A stretch of DNA of 37,556 nucleotides, taken from NCBI GenBank assembly GCA_030704795.1, contig JAUYCZ010000021.1:1-37556 (forward strand). Reading direction: 5' to 3'. The DNA is from a bacterium. Its GTDB lineage: Bacteria > Patescibacteriota > Minisyncoccia > Minisyncoccales > GWA2-46-15. Shown in pieces: positions 19,398-27,979 of this stretch; position 1 is the first letter of the stretch, and every line of letters starts with the position of its first letter. The notes under the pieces were generated by a model, which ran no database searches, was not told where the DNA came from, and saw only the letters and a program-made list of their open reading frames with translations. The position numbers and the translations under genes were made by a program.

Positions 19398-19434
19398 TTA
19401 TAGCGAGTACGATATATCGAGCTCTGCTCGCTAT
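19398..19434. repeat. Two-hairpin palindromic element, copy D
   Basis: TTATAG CG-AGTA-CG ATATAT CGAGC-TCT-GCTCG CTAT. Confidence 0.9.
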
Positions 19435-19455
19435 TAATTAAGACCCTTTAAAGTA

Positions 19456-20320
<865 letters not shown>

Positions 20321-20328
20321 ATATTTGT

Positions 20329-20357
20329 ATCTTACCAGAAAAAGATTTGTTTGACAA
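20329..20357 (-). promoter_or_regulatory. Putative rpsF promoter, near-leaderless
   Basis: Minus strand: TTGTCA (20357-20352), 17 bp spacer, TGg-TAAGAT (20334-20329), then ATG 8 nt later. Confidence 0.6.
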
Positions 20358-20385
20358 GGAGATCAAATCCCCAAAATCTGTTAAA

Positions 20386-20495
20386 CCCCGTAGGAATCTC
20401 GAGTAAACCAATCGATTCTCAACGACCAAGAGGCGGAGCCGCCTATCGGCTTAGGCCAATTGTTGACGAAAGTTTGACCAAAGATTCCTACGGGG
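20386..20495. mobile_element. MITE-like element 1 (110 bp)
   Basis: TIRs CCCCGTAGGAATCT / AGATTCCTACGGGG, flanked by direct TAAA (20382-20385 and 20496-20499). No ORF. Confidence 0.8.
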
Positions 20496-20507
20496 TAAAA
20501 TAGAGAT

Positions 20508-21905
20508 ATGAAACTTAACCCCGACATCTTCCGGGCCTACGACATCCGGGGCATCTACCCCAAAGACCTCACCGCCAAGGGGGTCTTGGCCATTACCCGG
20601 GCTTTTCTGGTTCTCTACCCCGGCTTGAAGAAGGTCGTCGTCAGCCACGACACGAGACAGAGTTCACCCCGCTTGGCCAAAACCATTGCCCGGACTTTAA
20701 AAGAGGCGGGCCGGGAGGTTATCTTTCTTGGCATCGCTCCCGATCCTCTGTTCTACTTTGCCATTCTCAACCTTGGCTTTGACGGGGGCATCATGGTTTC
20801 CGGCTCCCACAACCCGCCCGAGTACAACGGCTTGATGCTGCACGTCAGAAATAAAGGGGATCTGATCGGCCGCGATCTGGAGAAAATCCGGCAGATTGCT
20901 TTACAAGATAGGAAACCAATTAAGACGGGGGAAGGCAAGATCACCCTGCTCGACCCGACTTCAGACTATATCGATTATGTCACCCAAAGGATCAAGCTGA
21001 AAAAGCCCTTAAAGATCGTGGTAGACACGGGCAACGGGGCGATGGGCTATCTGCCGGCCAAGGTTTTCCAGCGGCTGGGCTGCCAGGTTTTCACTCTCTA
21101 CGGGGAGTTCGACGGTTCTTTCCCGCACCACTTGCCCGATCCCTACGAGAGAAAGAACCGGCTGGCCGCCAAGCGGGAGGTTTTGAAAAAGAAGTTTGAC
21201 CTGGGTTTTGTCTTTGACGGGGACGGCGACCGGGTGGCGGCTATTGATAACCAAGGACGATCGGTCGGCGGCGACTTCTGCTTTCTGATGCTGGCCCGTC
21301 AGGCTTTAAAAAAGAAAAAGGGAAGCATCGTGCACGACATGAGAGTCTCCCAAGCTTTCTTAGACGAGATGAAAAAAAGAAAGGTTAAAACCTACTTTTG
21401 CGTTTCCCACCACACGGCCATCATCGAAAAGATCAAGAAGGTCAAGGCTATTTTTGGGGGAGAGGTGACCCTGCACTTTCTTTTTCCCCAGGACTATTAC
21501 CTCTGCGACGAGGCCCTCTTCGCTTCTTTGAAGCTGGCCGAGATCGCCTCCAGCCAGAAAGACTTTGCCGCCTACATCGATACCCTGCCCCGCTGCCAAT
21601 CCAGCCCCGAGGTCTTCATTCCTTGTCCGGACCGGGAGAAGTTTAAGATCATCAAGAAGCTCCAGGACTATTTGAAGAAGAACAATTACGAATTTATCGA
21701 CATTGACGGCGCCAGGATCTCTTTCCCGCACGGCTGGGCCCTGGCCCGGGCGGCCAACACCACGCCCGTCATCAAGTGCCGCTTTGAAGGCGACACCCAG
21801 GAGCACTTGGTGGAAATAGAGAAGCAGGCTCTGGAGATCTTCGAGAAGGTGGGCATCCCGGTAACAAAAAAGACTTTTAAAGAACTGGGCTTAAAAAATC
21901 TCTAA
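20508..21905 (+). CDS. Phosphomannomutase/phosphoglucomutase (alpha-D-phosphohexomutase)
   Basis: IFRAYDIRG, catalytic SGSHNPPEYNG, metal loop FDGDGDR. Confidence 0.93.
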   Translation: MKLNPDIFRAYDIRGIYPKDLTAKGVLAITRAFLVLYPGLKKVVVSHDTRQSSPRLAKTIARTLKEAGREVIFLGIAPDPLFYFAILNLGFDGGIMVSGSHNPPEYNGLMLHVRNKGDLIGRDLEKIRQIALQDRKPIKTGEGKITLLDPTSDYIDYVTQRIKLKKPLKIVVDTGNGAMGYLPAKVFQRLGCQVFTLYGEFDGSFPHHLPDPYERKNRLAAKREVLKKKFDLGFVFDGDGDRVAAIDNQGRSVGGDFCFLMLARQALKKKKGSIVHDMRVSQAFLDEMKKRKVKTYFCVSHHTAIIEKIKKVKAIFGGEVTLHFLFPQDYYLCDEALFASLKLAEIASSQKDFAAYIDTLPRCQSSPEVFIPCPDREKFKIIKKLQDYLKKNNYEFIDIDGARISFPHGWALARAANTTPVIKCRFEGDTQEHLVEIEKQALEIFEKVGIPVTKKTFKELGLKNL

Positions 21906-21912
21906 GTACCAA

Positions 21913-22887
21913 TTATACTAAGCCCGTTTTTTTGCGGACTTCTTCCATGGTCGATTGGGCAATTGAACGGGCTTTTTTCGCTCCTTGCGAGAGAATTTCC
22001 TTGACATAAACTTCTCTTTGGGCAAGTTCTTTGTGTTTTTTGCGGAAAGGCTCGAGGGTATCGATGACGACCTGGGCGAGAGCTTTTTTAAAATCGCTAT
22101 AACCCTTGGTCCGGAATTTTTTTTCAATTTTGGGAATTGGGGTTTCTGAAAGCAAGCTGTAAATTATTAAAAGGTTGGCAATTCCGGGTTTTTTAGTCGG
22201 GTCGTATTTTATTTCCCGGCCGGTGTCAGTGATGGCAGCCATGATTTTCTCTTTGATTTGATCTGGCTCGTCAAAGAGATAAAGGCAACTTCCCGGAATT
22301 GATTTTGACATCTTTTTCCGGGGGTCGGAGAGGGACATTATTTTCGCCCCCTCTTTCGTCAATTTGGTTTTAGGCTCGACAAAAACCTCGCCGAATCGTT
22401 TGTTAAATTGACGGGCGATCGTTCTCGCCAGCTCGACGTGCTGTTGCTGGTCTTGGCCCACCGGTACCACCTCGGTCTGGTAAAGCAGGATGTCCGCGGC
22501 CATGAGGATGGGGTAGTTGAGGAGGCCGGCGTTGAGGTCTTTCTGGAACTGCCGGGATTTTTCCTTGTACTGAGTCATTCTCAAGAGGTCGCCGACCGGC
22601 GTGACACAATTCAATATCCAGGCTAATTCGGTGTGCTCGGGAACATGAGATTGGACAAAGAGAATGGATTTTTCCGGATCAATACCCGAAGCCAGGTAAC
22701 AAACGGCCGCGTCCAAGACGTTTCGGGGCAGAGCCGAAGCTTGGTAGGGAGCGGTCATGGCGTGGAGGTCAACCACGCAGAAAACGCAATCTTCTTTTTC
22801 TTGAAGTTCTAAGAATTGTTTGATGGCGCCCAGATAGTTTCCGATGTGGAGGGCGCCCGTTGGTTGAATGCCGCTGAAAATCCTCAT
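21913..22887 (-). CDS. trpS: Tryptophan-tRNA ligase
   Basis: MRIFSGIQPTGALHIGNYLGA (HIGH motif), YPILMAADILLY, VPVGQDQ, KMSKS. The true start is the ATG at 22887, not 23034. Confidence 0.97.
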   Translation of the reverse strand: MRIFSGIQPTGALHIGNYLGAIKQFLELQEKEDCVFCVVDLHAMTAPYQASALPRNVLDAAVCYLASGIDPEKSILFVQSHVPEHTELAWILNCVTPVGDLLRMTQYKEKSRQFQKDLNAGLLNYPILMAADILLYQTEVVPVGQDQQQHVELARTIARQFNKRFGEVFVEPKTKLTKEGAKIMSLSDPRKKMSKSIPGSCLYLFDEPDQIKEKIMAAITDTGREIKYDPTKKPGIANLLIIYSLLSETPIPKIEKKFRTKGYSDFKKALAQVVIDTLEPFRKKHKELAQREVYVKEILSQGAKKARSIAQSTMEEVRKKTGLV

Positions 22888-22894
22888 ATTTTTA

Positions 22895-24586
22895 TCATAC
22901 CTCAATAACAACAGGCAGAACCATGGGGCGCCGTTGCGTCTGCTGGTACAAAAATTCACCGACCTTATCTCTAATTTCTTCTTTAATGTAGGTCCAGTTG
23001 ACGGCGCCGCCGGAGCCGGCGGCCCGGTCGACAATAGTCACCACTTTCTTTCTGGTTTGGCGGAGCAATTCTTTAGATTCTCTCAGATAGACAAAGCCCC
23101 GGGAGATGATATCCGGAGAGCCGTGGACCTTGCCGGTTTGGCGGTCAATCGTAGTAATAATGACGAACATGCCGTCTTTGGCTAAAGTTTGCCTGTCCCT
23201 TAAAACGACTTCGCCAATATCGCCGATACCCAAGCCGTCAACAAAGACGTAGCCGGTATCAATTTTTTTATTCAAAACCTCGGCTGTTTTGTTGTGAAAT
23301 TCAATGATGGAACCGTTGTCTAAAACAAAAATGTTTTTTTCTGGGTAATTGATGCCCACCGCTAGCTTAGCCGCCTCTTTTAGGATGTAATGATTAGCAT
23401 AGACGGGGAGGAAGAAGTCCGGCTGAATTTGTTTGATCATCTTTTTAATGCTGTCGGCGTTGGAGTGGCCGCTGATGTGGACGTCCATAATGTCACTATG
23501 AACAACATTATCGCATTTTCTGTAAAGGCCGTCTTTTAGCCGCTGGATGGTTCTTTCGTTGCCCGGGATGACCGAAGAAGAGAAAACGATGGTGTCATTT
23601 TTCCTGATTTTGACGAATTTGTGGTTGTCACTGACGATCCGCGACAAAACGGCGTTGCCTTCGCCTTGAGCGCCGGTGCAGATAATAATGACTTTTTCTT
23701 CAGGATATTTGTTGATGCTGTTGATGGGGATGATGGTGCCGCCGCCAACTTTTATATAGCCCAGCTCTTTGGCAATCTCGACGTTCATTTTCATACTGTA
23801 CCCGTCCAGGGCGACTTTTTTGCCGATCTGTTTGGCATATTCCAAAAGATAATTGATTCTTTTTATTTGGGAAGCAAAAGTGCCGATAATGATTTTACCT
23901 TTAGCCTGGCTGATTAATTTTTCCAGATTGGCGTACATTTCTTTTTCCGAAATAATTTTCGGAGAGGTGTTGACAGCGCCTAAGCTTTCCAGCATCAGGA
24001 TTTTTGGTTTGGGCAGTTTGGCTAAATGATGATAAGTCAACGGCTCGCCGTTAACGGGATTTTTTTCCATTGTCCAGTCGCCCGGATGGATGATCGTTCC
24101 TTGCGGCGTGTTGATGATGACGCCCACCGCGTCCATGATAGAATGTTCAATTTCGAAAAAACCGATGCGGAATTTCCCAAAATTAAACCGGTCGTTAACG
24201 GAATTTATCCTAATGACGTTTAATCTCTTGGCCGAATTTTTTTCAAAATCCTCCATCCGTTTTTTTATCATGGCGATGGTCAAGTCGCGCCCCACGACCG
24301 GGGGATAGCCGAGTTTTGGCAAGAGCAAGGGAGCGGCGCCGATATGATCAAGATGGCCGTGGCTGAAAATGACGGCGCGGATATTTTTTTCCTTGCCTTT
24401 AAGATAACTGATGCTGGGAATAATATAGTCAATGCCCAGCATGTCTTCTTCCGGGAATTGAATGCCCATATCCAAGATGACGATGTCTTTTTCATATTCA
24501 AAGACGGTCATATTGCGGCCGACCTCTTCCTGCCCGCCCAAGGGGATTATTCTTAGCGCGCTTTCTTTTTGATGATATTTTTCCAT
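22895..24586 (-). CDS. rnj: Ribonuclease J
   Basis: PLGGQEEVGRNM, SHGHLDHIG, TGAQGE, HISGH, C-terminal RRPMVLPVVIEV. Confidence 0.96.
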   Translation of the reverse strand: MEKYHQKESALRIIPLGGQEEVGRNMTVFEYEKDIVILDMGIQFPEEDMLGIDYIIPSISYLKGKEKNIRAVIFSHGHLDHIGAAPLLLPKLGYPPVVGRDLTIAMIKKRMEDFEKNSAKRLNVIRINSVNDRFNFGKFRIGFFEIEHSIMDAVGVIINTPQGTIIHPGDWTMEKNPVNGEPLTYHHLAKLPKPKILMLESLGAVNTSPKIISEKEMYANLEKLISQAKGKIIIGTFASQIKRINYLLEYAKQIGKKVALDGYSMKMNVEIAKELGYIKVGGGTIIPINSINKYPEEKVIIICTGAQGEGNAVLSRIVSDNHKFVKIRKNDTIVFSSSVIPGNERTIQRLKDGLYRKCDNVVHSDIMDVHISGHSNADSIKKMIKQIQPDFFLPVYANHYILKEAAKLAVGINYPEKNIFVLDNGSIIEFHNKTAEVLNKKIDTGYVFVDGLGIGDIGEVVLRDRQTLAKDGMFVIITTIDRQTGKVHGSPDIISRGFVYLRESKELLRQTRKKVVTIVDRAAGSGGAVNWTYIKEEIRDKVGEFLYQQTQRRPMVLPVVIEV

Positions 24587-24609
24587 AGATTTAGTTTTTT
24601 GTTAGTTCG

Positions 24610-24693
24610 TGCCGGGAGCGGGAGTCGAACCCGCATGGAGTTGCCTCCACAGCGTTCTGAACGCTGCGCGTAAACCAGTTCCGCCACCCCGGC
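24610..24693 (-). tRNA. tRNA-Leu(CAG)
   Basis: Reverse complement folds as acceptor GCCGGGG/TCCCGGC, anticodon arm CAGCG-TTCAGAA-CGCTG, long variable arm TGGAG-GCAA-CTCCA and T arm GCGGG-TTCGACT-CCCGC. CCA is not encoded. Confidence 0.95.
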
Positions 24694-24702
24694 TTTTTGT
24701 TT

Positions 24703-24740
24703 TTTTGTAAAGTATTTTGTAAAGTATCTGATACTTTACA
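24703..24740. repeat. Direct repeat plus perfect 11-1-11 palindrome upstream of tRNA-Leu
   Basis: TTTTGTAAAGTA twice (24703-24726); TGTAAAGTATC-T-GATACTTTACA (24718-24740). Confidence 0.8.
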
Positions 24741-25308
24741 CTTGTCGCCGCAGAAAGCTTAAATCTTCGGGGATTGCTTTCAGGGGTTTTTTCTCTTTCA
24801 ATTTGGGGATTCTTTTGTAATTCTTATCTTTTTGCCAGCCCGAAACAGTGTAGTAATAACCGAAACCGTGTTGTCCTTCGATATTACGGTAATCGCTCTC
24901 GCATCTTTTGTCCATCCAGGTAGCGATTTTCAAATCTTTTTTCAGGGGGTTAATGGTAGTATGGGAATAGCCCGAAGGAGAAAGCACGGCCTGTCCTTTT
25001 TTGGCCCGGACAAAGTAGACATCCTCGATCTGGTTACCCTCGTCTTTCTGCAAGAGGAAGATGGCTTCTCCTTTTAAGACGAGAAGGAGTTCCCGGCACT
25101 CTGGAGGATGTTCGTGGCCTTTGGTTTTGGGAAACTCGGCTCCCAGCATTTTGGGGAAGATGACGGTTTCGTCATAGCGCAAATTCCTGCGGAATTTCAA
25201 GCCTCGCCAGACCTGATAGACGTTAAAATTGGGAGCCTTTTTGGCCCAACTCTGGTCAAAGAGAACCTCTTTTAAATCAGAGAGAGAGCGTTTCATGGCT
25301 ATTTCCAC
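24736..25308 (-). CDS. Cupin-type (archaeal-like) glucose-6-phosphate isomerase family protein
   Basis: LRYD.TVI.P.MLG.EFPKTKGH.H...E...VL.G.A, YSHTTINP, SDY..I....G.GYY. Start is either GTG 25308 or ATG 25296. Confidence 0.82.
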   Translation of the reverse strand: MEIAMKRSLSDLKEVLFDQSWAKKAPNFNVYQVWRGLKFRRNLRYDETVIFPKMLGAEFPKTKGHEHPPECRELLLVLKGEAIFLLQKDEGNQIEDVYFVRAKKGQAVLSPSGYSHTTINPLKKDLKIATWMDKRCESDYRNIEGQHGFGYYYTVSGWQKDKNYKRIPKLKEKKPLKAIPEDLSFLRRQV

Positions 25309-27332
25309 ACTCTTTTAGTTATAAGATACCAATTTTGGATGTCCTCAAATCTCTGGCTGGGGTCGGCAATCAGGCCCGCCTTGATGCCCCTGATCTCGGG
25401 GCTGGTCAGATAAGCAAAGTCGGGGCGATAGAGGAAGACCGCCGGCGCATCGGCCAAAAGAATCTCCTGGAATTTCTCCAGCTTTTCTTTTCTGACGCCC
25501 TCATCATTGGTTTGCCGGGCTTCTTCTAAAAGCTTATCCGCCTCTTTGTTTTCATAGAGAGCCAGATTGAGCCCGGGATCCTTTTTCTGAAGCGAATGCC
25601 AGAAAGGAAAGAGATCCGGCACTTGGCCCAGAACTTCGCCGAAGAGAAGGGCGTCATATTCCCGGGGTTTGAGAAAATCCGAATTTAATTGGGAAAAGCT
25701 AAAAGACCTGATTTCCACTTTGGCGCCAATCTCGGCCCACTGTTTTTTCAAGATTTCCGCCGCCTTCAAAAGAACGGGATCATCCACCGTGACCAAAGAG
25801 AATTTTAAGGCCAGAGTTTGCTGGTTCGGGCCAAAGCAGATTTTGTTCAGTTTCTGGCGCGTTAAGGGTCCGGTTTCGCCGTTGCCGCTGATTAGTCCGG
25901 CCGGGGTCAAGATATCCGCGCGGTACTTTTCCTGGAATTTAATGATGGCTTCGCGCGTTTTAGGGCCAAAGACGCCGGTGATTTCGCCGTCCGGATAGAT
26001 TCCGGGGTCCCGGGCCAGACACTTTTGCAATTCTTTGACTTCGGCTCCCTGAGAGTTTTTAGAAAGCGTACTTTTAAATTCAAAGCTCAGTTTTTTCTCA
26101 ACCGTCTTTTCCCAGACATTGGTTTGAGGATTAAGCTTAAAACCGGCTTTTTCTAGAAGATCCCTGGCTTTATTGGGGCTGAAGCGGTAAGTGGTTTGGG
26201 GTTCCTCAAAGCTGAAAAGATCTGGCAGGATCGGCGAATCCACCGCCACCCCGCTGTTCCCGAGAACCTGGTCAATGATTTCCTTTTTGTTAACGGCGTA
26301 GTTGAGGGCCAGCCGGACATTCTTTTCCGCTAAGACCAAAGCATTCTTCTGGTTGAAGAAAACGGCGAAATAGCGAGGCAGATCAAAATGATGAATGACG
26401 AAGCCGCGGTTTTCAAAGAAGAGTTGTTTTTCCGGGGCAGAAAGGACAAGGGCCTGAATTTCCCGATTTTGCGCCGCCTCAATTAAGTCTTTTTCTTCGG
26501 AAAAAAAGGCAAAGGTAATTTCCTTGATTTTAGGGAGCTCGGCGTGATAACGGGGATTAATCTCGAGGGTTAATAGTTTGATCCGGCCCGACTGGTCTTT
26601 TTCCTGAATGATTCTCGCCACTCGATAGGGGCCGGAGCCGACGGGTTTTAAGTTGAAAATGGCCAGAGGGAAGTTTTCGGCCGTGATCTCTTCCCACGTC
26701 TTTTTAGGAATGATCTTTAAGGTCAGGCTTTCCAGGAAACCGGGATAGACATTCTTTAATTTGAAACGGACGGTGAGATCGGAGACTCTTTCGGTCTCAA
26801 TGCCGAGCCAGCTGGGCCTTAAAGGACTTTTATAATCGGGGTTTTGAATGGTCTTAATGGTGAAAATGACATCATCGCTGGTCAGGGGAGAACCGTCTTG
26901 AAAGACGAGGTTTTCTTTTAAATTAATTTCCCAGGTCTGGCCGTTTTGGCTGACCTGATAACCTTTAGCCAGGTCCGGCTGGATTTGGCCGTCGACGGAA
27001 TATTTCATCAGGCCCGAAAAGATTAATTCCGTCAAATCGCGGTCGATGTCATTGGCTGGAGCAAAAATGGGGTTGATGAATCGGGGCTGGCCGATCATGC
27101 CCTCGGTGAATTCTCCTCCGGCGGCGGCTCGGACCTCGGTATGCTTAAAATAAAAGTTAACGGTCAAAAAGGCAGAAGAAACCAAACCCAAAACAAGAAA
27201 GATGAAAAAAGCCTTTTTCTCTCTGCGGCCGAGAATTTTAAAAAACTTCCGGTACTGGCCTTGTTCGGGCAAAGTTTTGAGTTTTTCGATAAGATCCCTT
27301 AATCCCAGTCGGGAGGGAAGGAAAGAAAACAT
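25299..27332 (-). CDS. Family 5 (peptide/nickel) ABC substrate-binding protein with inserted peptidoglycan-binding domain
   Basis: N-terminal TM, IFSGLMKY, FQDGSPLTSDDVIFT, PVGSGPY, VRLALNYAVNK. The insert reads VKELQKCL..TGVFGPKTREAIIKFQ. Confidence 0.88.
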   Translation of the reverse strand: MFSFLPSRLGLRDLIEKLKTLPEQGQYRKFFKILGRREKKAFFIFLVLGLVSSAFLTVNFYFKHTEVRAAAGGEFTEGMIGQPRFINPIFAPANDIDRDLTELIFSGLMKYSVDGQIQPDLAKGYQVSQNGQTWEINLKENLVFQDGSPLTSDDVIFTIKTIQNPDYKSPLRPSWLGIETERVSDLTVRFKLKNVYPGFLESLTLKIIPKKTWEEITAENFPLAIFNLKPVGSGPYRVARIIQEKDQSGRIKLLTLEINPRYHAELPKIKEITFAFFSEEKDLIEAAQNREIQALVLSAPEKQLFFENRGFVIHHFDLPRYFAVFFNQKNALVLAEKNVRLALNYAVNKKEIIDQVLGNSGVAVDSPILPDLFSFEEPQTTYRFSPNKARDLLEKAGFKLNPQTNVWEKTVEKKLSFEFKSTLSKNSQGAEVKELQKCLARDPGIYPDGEITGVFGPKTREAIIKFQEKYRADILTPAGLISGNGETGPLTRQKLNKICFGPNQQTLALKFSLVTVDDPVLLKAAEILKKQWAEIGAKVEIRSFSFSQLNSDFLKPREYDALLFGEVLGQVPDLFPFWHSLQKKDPGLNLALYENKEADKLLEEARQTNDEGVRKEKLEKFQEILLADAPAVFLYRPDFAYLTSPEIRGIKAGLIADPSQRFEDIQNWYLITKRVWK

Positions 27333-27334
27333 TT

Positions 27335-27586
27335 TTAGAGGAGTAGGTTCAAGAGAGCGGTGGCAATGAAGATGAAGCCCAGAAAAATGGTAAAAAAGAA
27401 AATCTTTTTAGATATCCCCCGCAGTTTGCCCGTGCCGGTAAAGCTCTGGCCAAAGGCCGATCCCAAGGATTCGCCGCGAGGTTGGAGCAAGACCAATGAA
27501 GTTAAAAGCACGGCAATGACAATCTGAATGACCGGCAAAAAGGGCTTGATTTGAGAGAGAGCGGCCACTAAGTTTTGTAGATTCAT
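27335..27586 (-). CDS. secG: Preprotein translocase subunit SecG
   Basis: QIVIAVLL..LVLLQPRG.SLGSAFG..., two TM segments. Confidence 0.88.
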   Translation of the reverse strand: MNLQNLVAALSQIKPFLPVIQIVIAVLLTSLVLLQPRGESLGSAFGQSFTGTGKLRGISKKIFFFTIFLGFIFIATALLNLLL

Positions 27587-27596
27587 GGTTTATCTT

Positions 27597-27944
27597 TCAT
27601 TTATCGGGCATCCACTTTGTTAGCGCAAAGATGACGAGCCAAATAATAACGGTGGTCCAGAAGAGAGGGACAATTCCCGTGATGACCAGTTCCGTAAAGG
27701 CGATATCCACCAACCAGACCAAGAGCATGTTAACGATAAAACCGAAAAGGCCCAAGGTCAGAATCTTTAAAGGCAGGGTCAGAACGTTGAGCAGGGGCCG
27801 GAGAAAGAAGTTGACGGCTCCCAAGACCGTGCCAATCAGGACAAAGGTTTTCCAATCACCGAGAACATTAACTCCCGGAACGAAACGATCGGCCAACCAG
27901 AGGCCGGCCGTACTGCCGGCAATTTGCAAGAGGAGGGACCACAT
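27597..27944 (-). CDS. 4-TM phage-holin-like (YvlD) membrane protein
   Basis: LGAVNFFLRPLL.VLTLPL.ILTLGLF..IVN motif. Confidence 0.85.
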   Translation of the reverse strand: MWSLLLQIAGSTAGLWLADRFVPGVNVLGDWKTFVLIGTVLGAVNFFLRPLLNVLTLPLKILTLGLFGFIVNMLLVWLVDIAFTELVITGIVPLFWTTVIIWLVIFALTKWMPDK

Positions 27945-27950
27945 TGTTTA

Positions 27951-27979
27951 ATGATAGCAGGATTTTACTCCGAGGTCAA
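27951..27979 (-). promoter_or_regulatory. Putative leaderless promoter for the holin-secG-SBP unit
   Basis: Minus strand: TTGACC, 17 bp spacer, TGc-TATCAT, then ATG 6 nt later. Confidence 0.6.

Noticed and set aside
19333-19434. Elements C and D as a mini CRISPR array
   Set aside because: Only two adjacent units, variable inside rather than between repeats, and no cas genes in the window.
18616-19455. Group I intron carrying the HNH gene
   Set aside because: ssb and rpsR are both intact, and the non-coding flanks (6 nt and about 160 nt, mostly the two elements) show no recognisable ribozyme core.
22888-23034. N-terminal extension of TrpS in the ORF track
   Set aside because: It overlaps the rnj C-terminus in another frame; TrpS homology starts at MRIFSG (22887).
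27597-27944. Prophage suggested by the holin-like gene
   Set aside because: YvlD-type 4-TM proteins are common chromosomal genes, and no phage structural, lysin or integrase genes are nearby.
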